A stretch of 64,000 nucleotides of DNA from Octopus bimaculoides. Its lineage: Eukaryota. Shown here one piece after another: positions 13,852-26,184 of the stretch. The stretch is taken from assembly GCF_001194135.2 (NCBI RefSeq), contig NC_068988.1, positions 93,633,400-93,697,399 on the forward strand. The letters run 5' to 3'. The position numbers were made by a program, and so were the translations under genes. Under the pieces are notes generated by a model. The model saw only the letters and a program-made list of their open reading frames with translations. It had not been told where the DNA came from and did no database searches. The number at the start of each line of letters is the position of its first letter. The first letter of the stretch is position 1.

Positions 13852-15751
13852 ATNNNNNNNNNNNNNNNNNNNNNNNNNNNNNNNNNNNNNNNNNNNNNNN
13901 NNNNNNNNNNNNNNNNTATATGCATATATATATATATATATGCGTGTGTCTATGTGTGCGTGTGTATTGTGTGTGTGTGCATGTAGTACGTATGTTCTCG
14001 TACATGTAACACTACCTTTAAGCTTTATTTTGGACAGCTTAGCTTCGAATATCTTAATGTCTGTTTCTCCGCCGGCTTTTGGTTAATTGCCCCATATGTG
14101 CACGCTTGACACGACAGAAGCCGGTTGCTTTTTAAAGCCTCGTTTGTAACAAAGATAACAGATCGACCGTTATCTCTTCCCTGTTGCCATTCACTACGTC
14201 AGCATCCTGAATGCTGAGAGAATATATATAAGTGTGTATGTGTGTGTGTGCATGAGTGTATGCATGTGTGTGTGTTTGCGTGTGTGTGTGTGTGTGTGAA
14301 GCATATATATATCTATACACACATACACATATATGACAGAATGTATATGTATTTATGCATGTGTATATGTGTATACATATGTATGTATATATGCATATAT
14401 ATANNNNNNNNNNNNNNNNNNNNNNNNNNNNNNNNNNNNNNNNNNNNNNNNNNNNNNNNNNNNNNNNNNNNNNNNNNNNNNNNNNNNNNNNNNNNNNNNN
14501 NNNNNNNNNNNNNNNNNNNNNNNNNNNNNNNNNNNNNNNNNNNNNNNNNNNNNNNNNNNNNNNNNNNNNNNNNNNNNNNNNNNNNNNNNNNNNNNNNNNN
14601 NNNNNNNNNNNNNNNNNNNNNNNNNNNNNNNNNNNNNNNNNNNNNNNNNNNNNNNNNNNNNNNNNNNNNNNNNNNNNNNNNNNNNNNNNNNNNGTGGTGG
14701 TGGTGGTGGTGGTGGTGATGGTGGTGGTGTGAGCGAGACGATGGTATTAATGGGTGTCAGTAATGGGTGAAAGGGAGCTATCCTTAATGGCTGTCAGTGG
14801 TGGTGGTGGCAGTGGCGGTGGTGGGTGAAAAGGAAGATCTACCATTAACAACTGACAGTTGTGGTCCAAACGCACGTTTCATTTGCGGCTGGGAAAACAA
14901 TAATTAAATGGAAATAAGTAAAACAAAACAAAAACAATAATAAAAATAAACAATAGAATATGTCTATTTTGCATTTCCTGCAATATGTTAATTAAGAGTT
15001 CATTAACAACACCTCCCTTGATATATATGAGAGAGTTCATGAAACGATCTATGAGCCGGTACGTTGTTGCTTGCCTTGGTATGCACCAAAGAGCCATTAC
15101 ATCACATCCTAGTGTTTGAAAAAAAAAAGAAACATACATTATGTAATCCCCCCACACATATATACGTGTATGTATCCTTAGTGCAATATATGGGTTCAGA
15201 GAATCATATGGTTATCACAGAAAGCTCCTCGAGCGGAGTTAGCTAGCAGATCACATTGTAATCCAGCACGGAAGAGTATAATGCAGTTCTATACAAGCTG
15301 AAATCCAGGAGATCCGGTCGATGACATTATTTCATGGGGGGTATATAAACCATAAAAATTCAGGAAGTACGAGAGGTGAACTTGTCGTCCTTAGACTACA
15401 GCCGTTTCGTAGCTTTCATCATGTAATGATAATTGTGCATAGCAAACTATGTTGTGTCTCGTTGATTTAGTCGTGTGAGTGTTTGATGGACAAAATTTAC
15501 AAAGAAAATTAAGAAGGATTAAAAATAAATGAAGCTGCATCTAGTTGTGATGGATGAGTGAACGTAATTTGAGTTCTGGTATGTCTTTTGCTGTGAAGTC
15601 ATAATGGAGACAATGGTGATTCTGATTTTGCCAGGGATTGGACAAAAGTGTTTGTTGGTTGTAGCAGATTATTCTTTTGTTGTTTTGTTTTTTCAACTCA
15701 AATCGTTTAGATGCATCATCACTCATTTTACATCACTCACATCAATCTAGA

Positions 15752-16037
15752 CAAGTGGTTCTCAACAACCGGGCTCCATAGGGTCCATATAATTTTTTTT
15801 TTTTGGGGGGGGGGAGGTTGTCCACACAACAAAAATAGTAAACTGGGGATCCACAATGTTTTTTTAATGGCCCCTGAAAAAAAAATTGCTTTATACGTAT
15901 GTATTGGTATGTATTGCAAGAAACAGCGAGGTTTCTTTCTCTAACGTTTTATATAATTCATCCTACACAAGTTAATGGGTGAAAAACAAAATACGAACTT
16001 TGAAAAAAAAAAACGATCTAAAAAGCTAGAATTAAAG
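15752..16037. mobile_element. hAT (Charlie-like) MITE, truncated by a gap
   Basis: Terminus caagtggttctcaac after a tctaga target; interior homologous to 44125-44534 and 55446-55953. Confidence 0.65.
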
Positions 16038-16407
16038 NNNNNNNNNNNNNNNNNNNNNNNNNNNNNNNNNNNNNNNNNNNNNNNNNNNNNNNNNNNNNNN
16101 NNNNNNNNNNNNNNNNNNNNNNNNNNNNNNNNNNNNNNNNNNNNNNNNNNNNNNNNNNNNNNNNNNNNNNNNNNNNNNNNNNNNNNNNNNNNNNNNNNNN
16201 NNNNNNNNNNNNNNNNNNNNNNNNNNNNNNNNNNNNNNNNNNNNNNNNNNNNNNNNNNNNNNNNNNNNNNNNNNNNNNNNNNNNNNNNNNNNNNNNNNNN
16301 NNNNNNNNNNNNNNNNNNNNNNNNNNNNNNNNNNNNNNNNNNNNNNNNNNNNNNNNNNNNNNNNNNNNNNNNNNNNNNNNNNNNNNNNNNNNNNNNAAAT
16401 TTTGAAA

Positions 16408-16549
<142 letters not shown>

Positions 16550-16660
16550 ATTGGGCACAGCGTACATCTTATGGAAAGTATTATCTGCCTGAAGTTCTTG
16601 CTGTGACTTGACAGATGTCTAGAGTTCGGTGCATTTTTACCTACACAGTGTAACGAAGGA

Positions 16661-16730
<70 letters not shown>

Positions 16731-17701
16731 TGATAATGATGATGATGATGGTGGTGATAATGACGATGATGTGTATGTGTGTATGTAGTTATACACATGC
16801 ACACACACACACACGTACGTATATCTGTACGTATGTACATATATATGTATATAAAGTTAATCTTTCAATGTGAATTTTTAAGTAGCATATTATTCATCTT
16901 GGACGAATACCCAACAGAAGGAAAGAAAAATAAAAAGGAAATAGAAATTGACTAACTAGAGAAAGCGAAATAATGTTTCTAACTGTGGTCCATAAAAATC
17001 TACATTGAGAAGTTTCGACGTATTATTAACGTTAATTAAATATTAAGCTAAGCTTTAAGTTACACATTTAAACGAAACTGCCTCCTGGGACTAATGGATA
17101 TTCTCAATAGAATGAGATTAGAAATAAAAGTATAATTATAGAAGCGTGTTAGTTTTATGTGCTCGTTGCTGCTTAAAGATATATAAAGATGCATTAAATA
17201 TTAAGAGTTGTAATAAAAATCAACCCGACTCCTTAACGTTGAAGCACCACCAACATAATGGGTCCCGTCATTATCACCAACCACCACCACCACCACCACC
17301 ACCACTACAACAACAACAACAGGACTGTCGAGAGAAACCAAAGTTAATGTTACAAGTAGTTTTTGAGAAAACGAATCGTCTGCCGGTTGTTGGTGCTATG
17401 AGTTGAGATGATTTGGCCTCTGCCGGGGAATGTCCGTTGTATTATAAGGGACTAGCGTGGCGTCCATTGGCGCCTGTGACCTCATCAATCAAAATATAGT
17501 GATGCCTGCTCGATCTCTGTTTCCTACGAAGATTCTAAATGACGGAACTCTCAACACCTAATCAACAGTTGAAGAATATTTTACAGAGGTGGTGCAAAAG
17601 AACGTGGCTTTTATAAAGAGGAAGACGATTCATTAAGTCGTTTGTCATCTTCAGGATCCTTCTATATGTCAACATATTTTTAGCCTGGCAATATCAGCAG
17701 A

Positions 17702-18090
17702 GAAGGCGTACGGCCCAGTGGTTAGGGCAGCGGACTCGCAGTCATAGGATCGCGCTTTCGATTCCCAGACCGGGCGTTGTGAGTGTTTATTGAGAGAAAA
17801 CACCAAAAGCTCCACGAGGATCCGGCAGGGGATGGTGGCGAACCCTGCTGTACTCTTCCAACACAACTTTCTCTCACTCTTTCTTCCTGTTTTTGTTGTA
17901 CCTGTAATTCAAAGGGGTCAGCCTTGTCACACTCTGCATCACGCTGAATATCCCCCGAGAACTACGTTAAGGGTACACGTGTCTGTGGAGTGCTCAGCCA
18001 CTTGCACGTTAATTTCACGAGCAGGCTGTTCCGTTGATCGGATCAACTGGAACCCTCGACGTCGTAAGCGACGGAGTGCCAACAACAACA
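17702..18090 (+). mobile_element. Family A tRNA-derived SINE, near full length
   Basis: A box ggcccagtgg, B box ttcgattccc, central segment ccttgtcacac...gagaactacgttaagggtacacgtgtctgtggagtgctcagccacttgcacgttaatttcacgagc, structured 3' end and (aac)n tail. At least four further copies in the window. Confidence 0.88.
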
Positions 18091-18371
18091 TCCACCCCCC
18101 ACTCTTCCCCTTACCCCTATATTTTTCTCATCGCCTACATCAATAGCCATTCACGCCTCTTCGCAGTATTGCTGCTGCTTGTACTTCACCACTGGTCAGT
18201 CCTGGTCAAGTAGCGATAGCTATTGTTTCAATAGTGACTATCCCGTCGGGTTTTTGCTTAATTGTTTTTTTCTTTCTTTTTCCCCCCTTCTCATTTTCTT
18301 CATCTTCATCAGACTAACACCTCCTCACGCCTTTAATATTGACGATCTCGTGCCAAAATTTGAAATTATAA

Positions 18372-18580
18372 ATGACATCGATCTGGTAGAATCATTAGTG
18401 TGTCGAACAAAATACTTAACGACGTTTCTTCCCGCTGTTCACGCTCTGAGTTCATATTCCGCCGAGGTTGACCTTGCGTTTCATCATTTCGGGAACGATA
18501 AAATAAGGTACCACTCAAGTCCCGAACCCTAACCCTAACCCTTCTGTAAAACTGCTGGTCTTATGATAAAATTTGACACA
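18372..18580 (+). mobile_element. Family C SINE, diverged
   Basis: ctgagttcatattccgccgaggttgaccttgcg...gataaaataaggtacca. Confidence 0.72.
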
Positions 18581-18619
18581 TTTTTTATATCCGATTTGTC
18601 CTCCTCTTTTCTTACAATA

Positions 18620-18786
18620 GGAGCAGGCGTGGCTGTGGTGTAAGAAGCTTGCTTTCCAACCACATGGTTCCAGGCTCGGTCCCATTGCGTGGCACCTTGC
18701 GCACGTGTCTTCTGCTATGGCTTCGTGTCGAACGAAGCCTTGTGAGTGGATTTGGTAGACAGAAACTGAAAGAAGCCCGATATATC

Positions 18787-18818
<32 letters not shown>

Positions 18819-19015
18819 GATCCCTCTGCCGCTAGACAACCGGTATTGGCTCGTTTATGTCCCCGTAACTTGAATGCGATTGAATAAGTACCAGCCTTTA
18901 AAAACGAATTACTAGGGTCGATTTACTCGACTAAAGCTTTAAGGCGGTGCTCCAGCATGGCTGCAGTCCAATGACTGAAACAAGTAAAAGACAAAGATAA
19001 AAGATAAAATGATAA
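18620..19015 (+). mobile_element. Family B CORE-type tRNA SINE (OR2-like), full length
   Basis: Head ggcgtggctgtg..., CORE-like ccttg(g)gca(a/c)gtgtctt, internal (TG)n, tail ggcggtgctccagcatggctgcagtccaatgactgaaacaagtaaaaga. The OR2 assignment is from recall of the octopus CORE-SINE and is unverified. Confidence 0.85.
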
Positions 19016-19553
19016 AGGTGTAATTTGAGAAGAATTTTGCCTGCTATTTCTAGGAAGTCGATCGACCATACANNNNNNNNNNNNNNNNNNNNNNNNNNNN
19101 NNNNNNNNNNNNNNNNNNNNNNNNNNNNNNNNNNNNNNNNNNNNNNNNNNNNNNNNNNNNNNNNNNNNNNNNNNNNNNNNNNNNNNNNNNNNNNNNNNNN
19201 NNNNNNNNNNNNNNNNNNNNNNNNNNNNNNNNNNNNNNNNNNNNNNNNNNNNNNNNNNNNNNNNNNNNNNNNNNNNNNNNNNNNNNNNNNNNNNNNNNNN
19301 NNNNNNNNNNNNNNNNNNNNNNNNNNNNNNNNNNNNNNNNNNNNNNNNNNNNNNNNNNNNNNNNNNNNNNNNNNNNNNNNNNNNNNNNNNNNNNNNNNNN
19401 NNNNNNNNNNNNNNNNNNNNNNNNNNNNNNNNNNNNNNNNNNNNNNNNNNNNNNNNNNNNNNNNNNNNNNNNNNNNNNNNNNNNNNNNNNNNNNNNNNNN
19501 NNNNNNNNNNNNNNNNNNNNNNNNNNNNNNNNNNNNNNNNNNNNNNNNNNNNN

Positions 19554-19609
<56 letters not shown>

Positions 19610-20084
19610 GTATACAACCTGTACTGACCAAAGCAAACACTCTACTTGACCCCTATAATCACTGTGAACCCTCACATTATCATTGTCTGACCCGCAAAAC
19701 AACTCGCAGTCACTTAACAGACTAAAACAGACGCTGGCAAGCTAGAGATAGCAGCCAATTTTCCTGAAATCACATTCTGCCATCTTAAGGAGAGAAAGAA
19801 TGTATTTGACATTGCAGCACGTGACATTTACATGCTTAGATGAATTATCTCTGAAAATAAGTGGTGAGGTTAGCCATGGCCGGAACGTCTGATAGGCGGA
19901 TTCACTCTGGTCTGAGAAAGGGAGGAGTAGAGCGGGTTAAATAATAACAACACGTTGGAGAATCAACGAGGGATTGATCTGCTAGAAGCCGGAGCTAAAT
20001 CACTTCCCTCAGATCACATGACAGTCATCATAAGGTAATAAATAAATAAATAAAGAAAGAAAGAAAGAAAGAAAGAAAGAAACA

Positions 20085-20244
20085 GGCGCAGGCGCGGCTG
20101 TGTGGTAAGTTCGCTTCCCAACCACTTGGTTCTGTGTTCAGTCCCACTGCGTGGAACCTTGAACAAGTAACTTCTACTATAAACTCGGGTCGAATAAAGC
20201 CTAGTGAGTAGATTTGGTAGACGGGAAACTGAAAGAAGCTTGTC

Positions 20245-20281
<37 letters not shown>

Positions 20282-20697
20282 CATACAAATATTGTTTTAT
20301 TTGCTTCAGCCATTTGACTGCGGCCATGCTGGAGTACCGCTTTAGTCGAAGAAATCAACCCAGGACTTATTTTTCGTAAGCCTAGTACTTATTCTATCGG
20401 CCTTTTTTTGTCGAATTACTAAGTCACGGGGACTAGCATCGGTTGCCANNNNNNNNNNNNNNNNNNNNNNNNNNNNNNNNNNNNNNNNNNNNNNNNNNNN
20501 NNNNNNNNNNNNNNNNNNNNNNNNNNNNNNNNNNNNNNNNNNNNNNNNNNNNNNNNNNNNNNNNNNNNNNNNNNNNNNNNNNNNNNNNNNNNNNNNNNNN
20601 NNNNNNNNNNNNNNNNNNNNNNNNNNNNNNNNNNNNNNNNNNNNNNNNNNNNNNNNNNNNNNNNNNNNNNGAACCTGGGACCATGTGGTTGGGAAGT
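20085..20697. mobile_element. Two family B SINE copies (+ head 20085-20250; - copy 20296-20697 spanning a gap)
   Basis: Plus-strand head and CORE running into (TA)n; minus-strand tail tcagccatttgactgcggccatgctggag, with its head fragment after the gap. Confidence 0.78.
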
Positions 20698-20698
20698 A

Positions 20699-20700
<2 letters not shown>

Positions 20701-20767
<67 letters not shown>

Positions 20768-20955
20768 TCACTGCTTGGAATCGAACTCAGAATAATAACA
20801 TCGAAAAATACCTTAGGAATGAGAACACAGGTTCGAAATTTCCCCAAGACACCTGACGAAGGTTGGAGGGTATATCAGCCGAAACGTTGTGTTAACAACA
20901 AAGAAGATGGGGAAAAATATCCGTCAAATGTAAATAATGTAAATAATGTAAATAT
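20701..20955 (+). mobile_element. Family D copy with 5' inversion/truncation
   Basis: 20798-20950 matches 58501-58642. 20701-20793 is the reverse complement of the B-box plus (aat)n part of the head. The 3' end is a tgtaaataa repeat. Confidence 0.78.
20848..20893 (+). ncRNA. Minimal type I hammerhead ribozyme motif (intact core)
   Basis: GACAC-CTGACGA-a-GGTTG-gagggtatat-CAGCC-GAAA-CGT-T-GTGTT. Stem I GACAC/GTGTT, core CUGANGA and GAAA, stem II 5 bp with one G-U pair, palindromic ACGU stem III, predicted cleavage after 20888. Confidence 0.75.
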
Positions 20956-21452
20956 TAAAACGTCAGATGTCACAAAAGTCAGCATCGAATCAGCAACGCC
21001 AAATAAGCGTCTGTGCGAAAACGTCTCAAACCCTTCTATAATGCATCTTAGATATGTGCATAGAAACAGAAGAAAAGCAGAGACAGAATATTAAAACAAC
21101 AACAGCAACAACAATAAAGTACCAAGAGCACATTACAAAGGCAATAACATTTTAACACATGCATGCACTTTTAATAAGTTCACTCAACAAACAATGCTTC
21201 CACATTTTGAAAGAAAAAAATGTTTATTTTCTTATTAGCAAATTTAAATATTTTCTTTCTTTAAATTGTTGTCTCTATGATGTTTATATGTTTATTTAAA
21301 TCTCCTTGTTTTCTACTTATCTCTTCATTCAATACTTCTGCTGTTTCTCTCTCTGACTTTTGGCGTTTCATCATTAGATTGAGGGGTTTTGTTATTTCGG
21401 TCTCATGTTTCCCCTTAGCCTTCTACATGTTTCAAAGAACAAACACACATGC

Positions 21453-21489
<37 letters not shown>

Positions 21490-21492
<3 letters not shown>

Positions 21493-21590
21493 TTTTTTTA
21501 TCTTTCACTTGTTTCAGTCATTCGGCTGCGGCCATGCTGTGGCAATGACTTGAAAGATTTTGGTTAAACCATTCGAACCCAGTACTTATG
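21490..21590 (-). mobile_element. Family B SINE tail fragment
   Basis: cttgtttcagtcattcggctgcggccatgctg is the reverse complement of the B tail. Confidence 0.7.
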
Positions 21591-21809
21591 TCATGTTCTC
21601 CTGCTTGGCTTGTAACTATTGAAATAGGCATGAATGAGTCTGTGGCTTACGATTGGCTAAACTTACCTGAAACTTGCAACCTTTAAAAGCTAATAACTCT
21701 TTGTTTATCGATTTAGTGCGAAAATGAATTTCAAAGCAGTGATTAGCATATAAAACCATATCATTACACAGAATATGAAATCAATTCGAGCAAGAATTGA
21801 TGAGATTGA

Positions 21810-22085
21810 AAATTGGTTGCCAAAGAGAAAAGATCCTACCAGCCTGATATTTAGAGGTCCTCAACTATCCAATTGCATGTCTTAAGAAATGAAAAATATA
21901 AAATGGGACCCTTAGGGAAAAATATAAAAGGGACCTTAGTGAAAAATATAAAAGGAACCCTTAGTGAAAAATATAAAAGGGACCTCTAGTAAACACCGAA
22001 CGATGATATCGAACCAGTCAACCATTCAGGGAAGATCAGCTGCTACAAGTGCCCCAGTGTGGCCACAGTCATACGACTGAAAGAA
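21810..22085 (+). pseudogene. CR1-like LINE 3' remnant with internal ~24-bp tandem repeat and B-type tail
   Basis: SLIFRGPQLSNC (cf. SF..RGP.LFN.LP), then four aaaatataaaagggacccttagtg-like units (21892-21990), then gtgccccagtgtggccacagtcatacgactgaaaaga. Confidence 0.55.
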
Positions 22086-23279
22086 TTACTTCATTTTTTA
22101 ATTATGCTTTTTTCTTTTCTTTTTTTTTTTTCTTTCCTGAGTTTCATTATAATTGAAACCATCTTAAGTTTGTCATGATAGATGGATCAACATTTCTCGA
22201 TGACGTTGTTTCACCTTAAGAAACCATCGTAAAATATACAATAAAAAAAGTCCATGTGTAATTAATTATTAGCACATTAGCTATCTTTAAAGTAGGATGT
22301 TTTGTCTTTCATCTGAAACCGTTTGTTAAGTGTCGGTCTAAAGTTACCTATCTCGGTTTTGTAAATATAATCCTTGTTAAATTTAATGAATAACAACCTC
22401 CATCTGTGAAGTTTGCTTGTTTCTGGCTTAAATTGACCGCTGCCTCGTTATAACGGTTACAGTCTTTCTGTCTGTTAAGTAGCGATGAACGCGTAAGACT
22501 CTTTAAAATATCGCTCATTGAATTACAATCAGAAAACCATCTCCTTGATCCACAAACAGTGACTTCAAGCTGCGAGAAAGCCTAGGCGTATGGTAATGGT
22601 GGGGGTGGAGGCTATAATAATCTAAACGTTGTTCACTGTCAAAAGTACAAGATACTTGAAAAGCACTATTGCGACGTATCAGTTTTAACGATGCGAACTA
22701 ATTGTTTTCTTTGATCGGTTTTAATCAACGGAAAATCTCGACTGACTGGTTGGTTAGTTGGCCGGCTGGCTGCTGGCTGACTGGTTAGCTGGTTGGTTGC
22801 CGCTGGCTGACTGTGGAGAAGAAAATCTACTCTGTCAACATTCCACTCCCTAAGTGGACTTCGTTAAACATGTATTTAAAAAGGAAATCACGCAGTTTCG
22901 GAAGAAAATATTTGCAATGTTTAGCTGTTGAGTAATTTATTTTATCGTCTGATGGGTGTATGAAATTATATTTGACTGGTATATAGGTTATCATGAGAAC
23001 GCTATAATGCATAATTTACTATCAAAAATATAAATATTCATTTGCGTGATTTTAAAAGATGTCGGTCTCAACGTTATGCCGGATGAAGAAAATCTTGAAA
23101 TATCAATTTTGGGGCTGTGAGTTCAAATCTGGGACAAGATTTGATTCCCTGTAACATCTTGCTGGCCATTGTTTACCGTCTTCTGAGGGTATTAGCTCGA
23201 TCTTCTATCCTTTTGCTACAGCTGTTCTGCGTTCGGGGTTTTCCTATGTTTTCTCTAAAATAATACTGCAATTTATTCC

Positions 23280-23450
23280 GTGGCTGTGTATGACGTGACT
23301 GTGTGGTAAGAAGTTTGTTCTTCAACCACATGATTCTCGGTTCAGTCCCACTGCATGGCACCTTCAGCAAGTGTCTTCTACTGAAACCTCGTGCTGACGA
23401 AAGGCTTAAGAGGAATTCATTGTCGGAAACTGAAAGAAGCCCGTTGTATA
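23280..23450 (+). mobile_element. Family B SINE 5' half
   Basis: gtgactgtgtggtaagaagttt...ccttcagcaagtgtctt...ggaaactgaaagaagcccg. Confidence 0.75.
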
Positions 23451-23461
23451 TATGAATATAA

Positions 23462-23800
23462 AGTTAGATATGTTTCGACCAAAGATTGGTCCAGGCCATG
23501 TCTAACTTAATAGTACAACCTGATAGGATTATCTAAATCCTTTTTATGTCAAGTTTTGTGCTCTCATGGTCCATTCAAGTAGTGAGTTCTTGTTGAGTGA
23601 GTTGTATCCAGGTATAGGTGGGTTATCTGGTATTCCTTGAAGAAATCTGTCCAGACTCCGTTTAAAGGTGATGGGATTCTTTTCCTCTTTGATCAGTTTT
23701 GGGACAATGTTAAACAGGGAAGGGCCTGTTGAAGAAAACAAATTGCGTCGCAGTGTACCTATATGCTGTGATCCTGAATTGAGCCTAGCTTAAAAACCGC
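23462..23800 (-). pseudogene. CR1-clade LINE 3' end (ORF2 C-terminus + 3' UTR)
   Basis: ORF 23544-23741: GPSLFNIVPKLIK...FKRSLDRFLQGIPDNPPIPGY...NSL, a typical CR1 C-terminus. The 3' UTR has the hairpin gaccaa-tct-ttggtc followed by gaaaca. Confidence 0.8.
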
Positions 23801-24445
23801 TCTATCGGGCGGCTTTTCAACTAGCTCCTGTGGAGGGCTCTTCAATGGGCCTTGGGCCCAACAATGACACTTCATGCACTGGAAACTTTGTATATCGGCG
23901 GCACCCGCAAGATTTGTGTAGAATTAGGGCTCGAGCAAACAAAAAAATTCTGAGTGGACGTACGAAAGTAAACAGCACACACACAGATACACGCACACAT
24001 ACACGCACACATACACGCACATACACACACATACACACGCACACGCACACACACCGATGAAATGAAGTCGCCCTGGGCGGAATTTAAAGTCCGAACATTA
24101 AGGCGGACGAAATGCCGTTAAGCATTTTGTCCGGCGTGTTAATCATTCGGCCAGCTTGCCGTCTTAGATTCAGGAAACAATTAAAAGAAAATTTGAAATG
24201 GTTTAGGAGGAAAGGAATAAGCCCTTTGGAAGCCTTCCTCCATAAATGGTGCGATCTGGTATAGATAATTGTTAGCTTAGACTTGGCGTTTTTGCGACTC
24301 GAAGATCTTTTTTGCTTTCACTTGCGCTCTTCTGGTCTGTGGAGTAAAACTTGTTAAAGATAACAGGTTGAAATGTTTGTTCCTTATTTGTTTGAAAATA
24401 CACGAATAACTTTGACACAAACAGAGAAAGAAAGAGAGAGAGAGA

Positions 24446-24561
<116 letters not shown>

Positions 24562-25689
24562 AGAGGCTGACTGTGAGTCTGTGGGCCACGATTTGAGTAG
24601 AACATGGGATGTTAGCAATAAGTACATGGAGCCGATAGAGCTGCGGGAACCGGAGAAAAAATGTGAAGAATCATTGATGGAAAGCAAAAGAAACAAAACG
24701 TGAAAGTCACAATGATGATCTTCTTCTTTATTTTTTTCTTTTATTTTGTTTCCATTTTTCAACAAAGAAGCGTTGTCCAGTTGCTCCTCCTTCCAGAGGA
24801 TAAATCAACAATAAGAGGTTCATTAATCTTTGTTTTGTTGTTAGCCTGGGTCAGTGTCGATGGAGTCGTGCAGTCGCCAGTGAACCTACTTCAGTCATTT
24901 AGTCACCTCAAACAGAGGAAAAGACCGCCCACCATCGTTCAAGATCGGCTCATTGGAGACCAGACGATATTTGTTAGTTACACTTATATAAACATACATA
25001 CATGTCTACATAATACCCATTAAAGCATACACATGCACGCACGCACACACACGTACCCGAACAGACGCGGACGCAAGCGCACGAGCGCGCAAACATATTG
25101 GGAAGCAGGGATTTATACATTGTTAAATAAATACTACACCGTGTATTGAGTGCTGTTTTCTTTGTTTGCAAATATAAACGTTTACACGTGTTTGTGTATA
25201 TGTGAATTTCCGTATATATGTAAGTGAGTATACACATATAAATGCATATATCTACATATATACACACACATACATACTTATATGCATTTATACACATCTA
25301 TCAATCTTTCTCCTTCTCTCTCTATGTATATNNNNNNNNNNNNNNNNNNNNNNNNNNNNNNNNNNNNNNNNNNNNNNNNNNNNNNNNNNNNNNNNNNNNN
25401 NNNNNNNNNNNNNNNNNNNNNNNNNNNNNNNNNNNNNNNNNNNNNNNNNNNNNNNNNNNNNNNNNNNNNNNNNNNNNNNNNNNNNNNNNNNNNNNNNNNN
25501 NNNNNNNNNNNNNNNNNNNNNNNNNNNNNNNNNNNNNNNNNNNNNNNNNNNNNNNNNNNNNNNNNNNNNNNNNNNNNNNNNNNNNNNNNNNNNNNNNNNN
25601 NNNNNNNNNNNNNNNNNNNNNNNNNNNNNNNNNNNNNNNNNNNNNNNNNNNNNNNNNNNNNNNNNNNNNNNNNNNNNNNNNNNNNNNNN

Positions 25690-25745
<56 letters not shown>

Positions 25746-26142
25746 CAAAATAAATAGTTACGTATATACACGCCTGTATTCATACATACCTATATACATA
25801 CAAATGAACATGCGTGCATACAGACATGTATGTATATTCACATTTGCTAGTTTTGGGAAGGAAAGTGAAAGGTAGCACTCTTAGATCTTAGAGTCTGTTA
25901 TTTATTTAGACTTAATTCTTTGTCCCATAATTCGAGTTCCATACCACTATATCCGAAGATCGAGCTGACGCGAAACTCGAGCCGTGAGAAAGACATTTCA
26001 TCATATTGATACATACAAGCGTGTGTGTGTATGTATATATATATAGTTGAAATTTATAGAAAAACAAAAGACGAACACAGGTGTATGTACACATGTAAAT
26101 GGGTGTGCATATCTCTCCATACATGTGTGTGTGCGTGAGTGA

Positions 26143-26184
<42 letters not shown>

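Noticed and set aside
18527-18541. (TAACCC)2 telomere-like repeat
   Set aside because: Only about two units, inside a decayed SINE; not an interstitial telomeric array.
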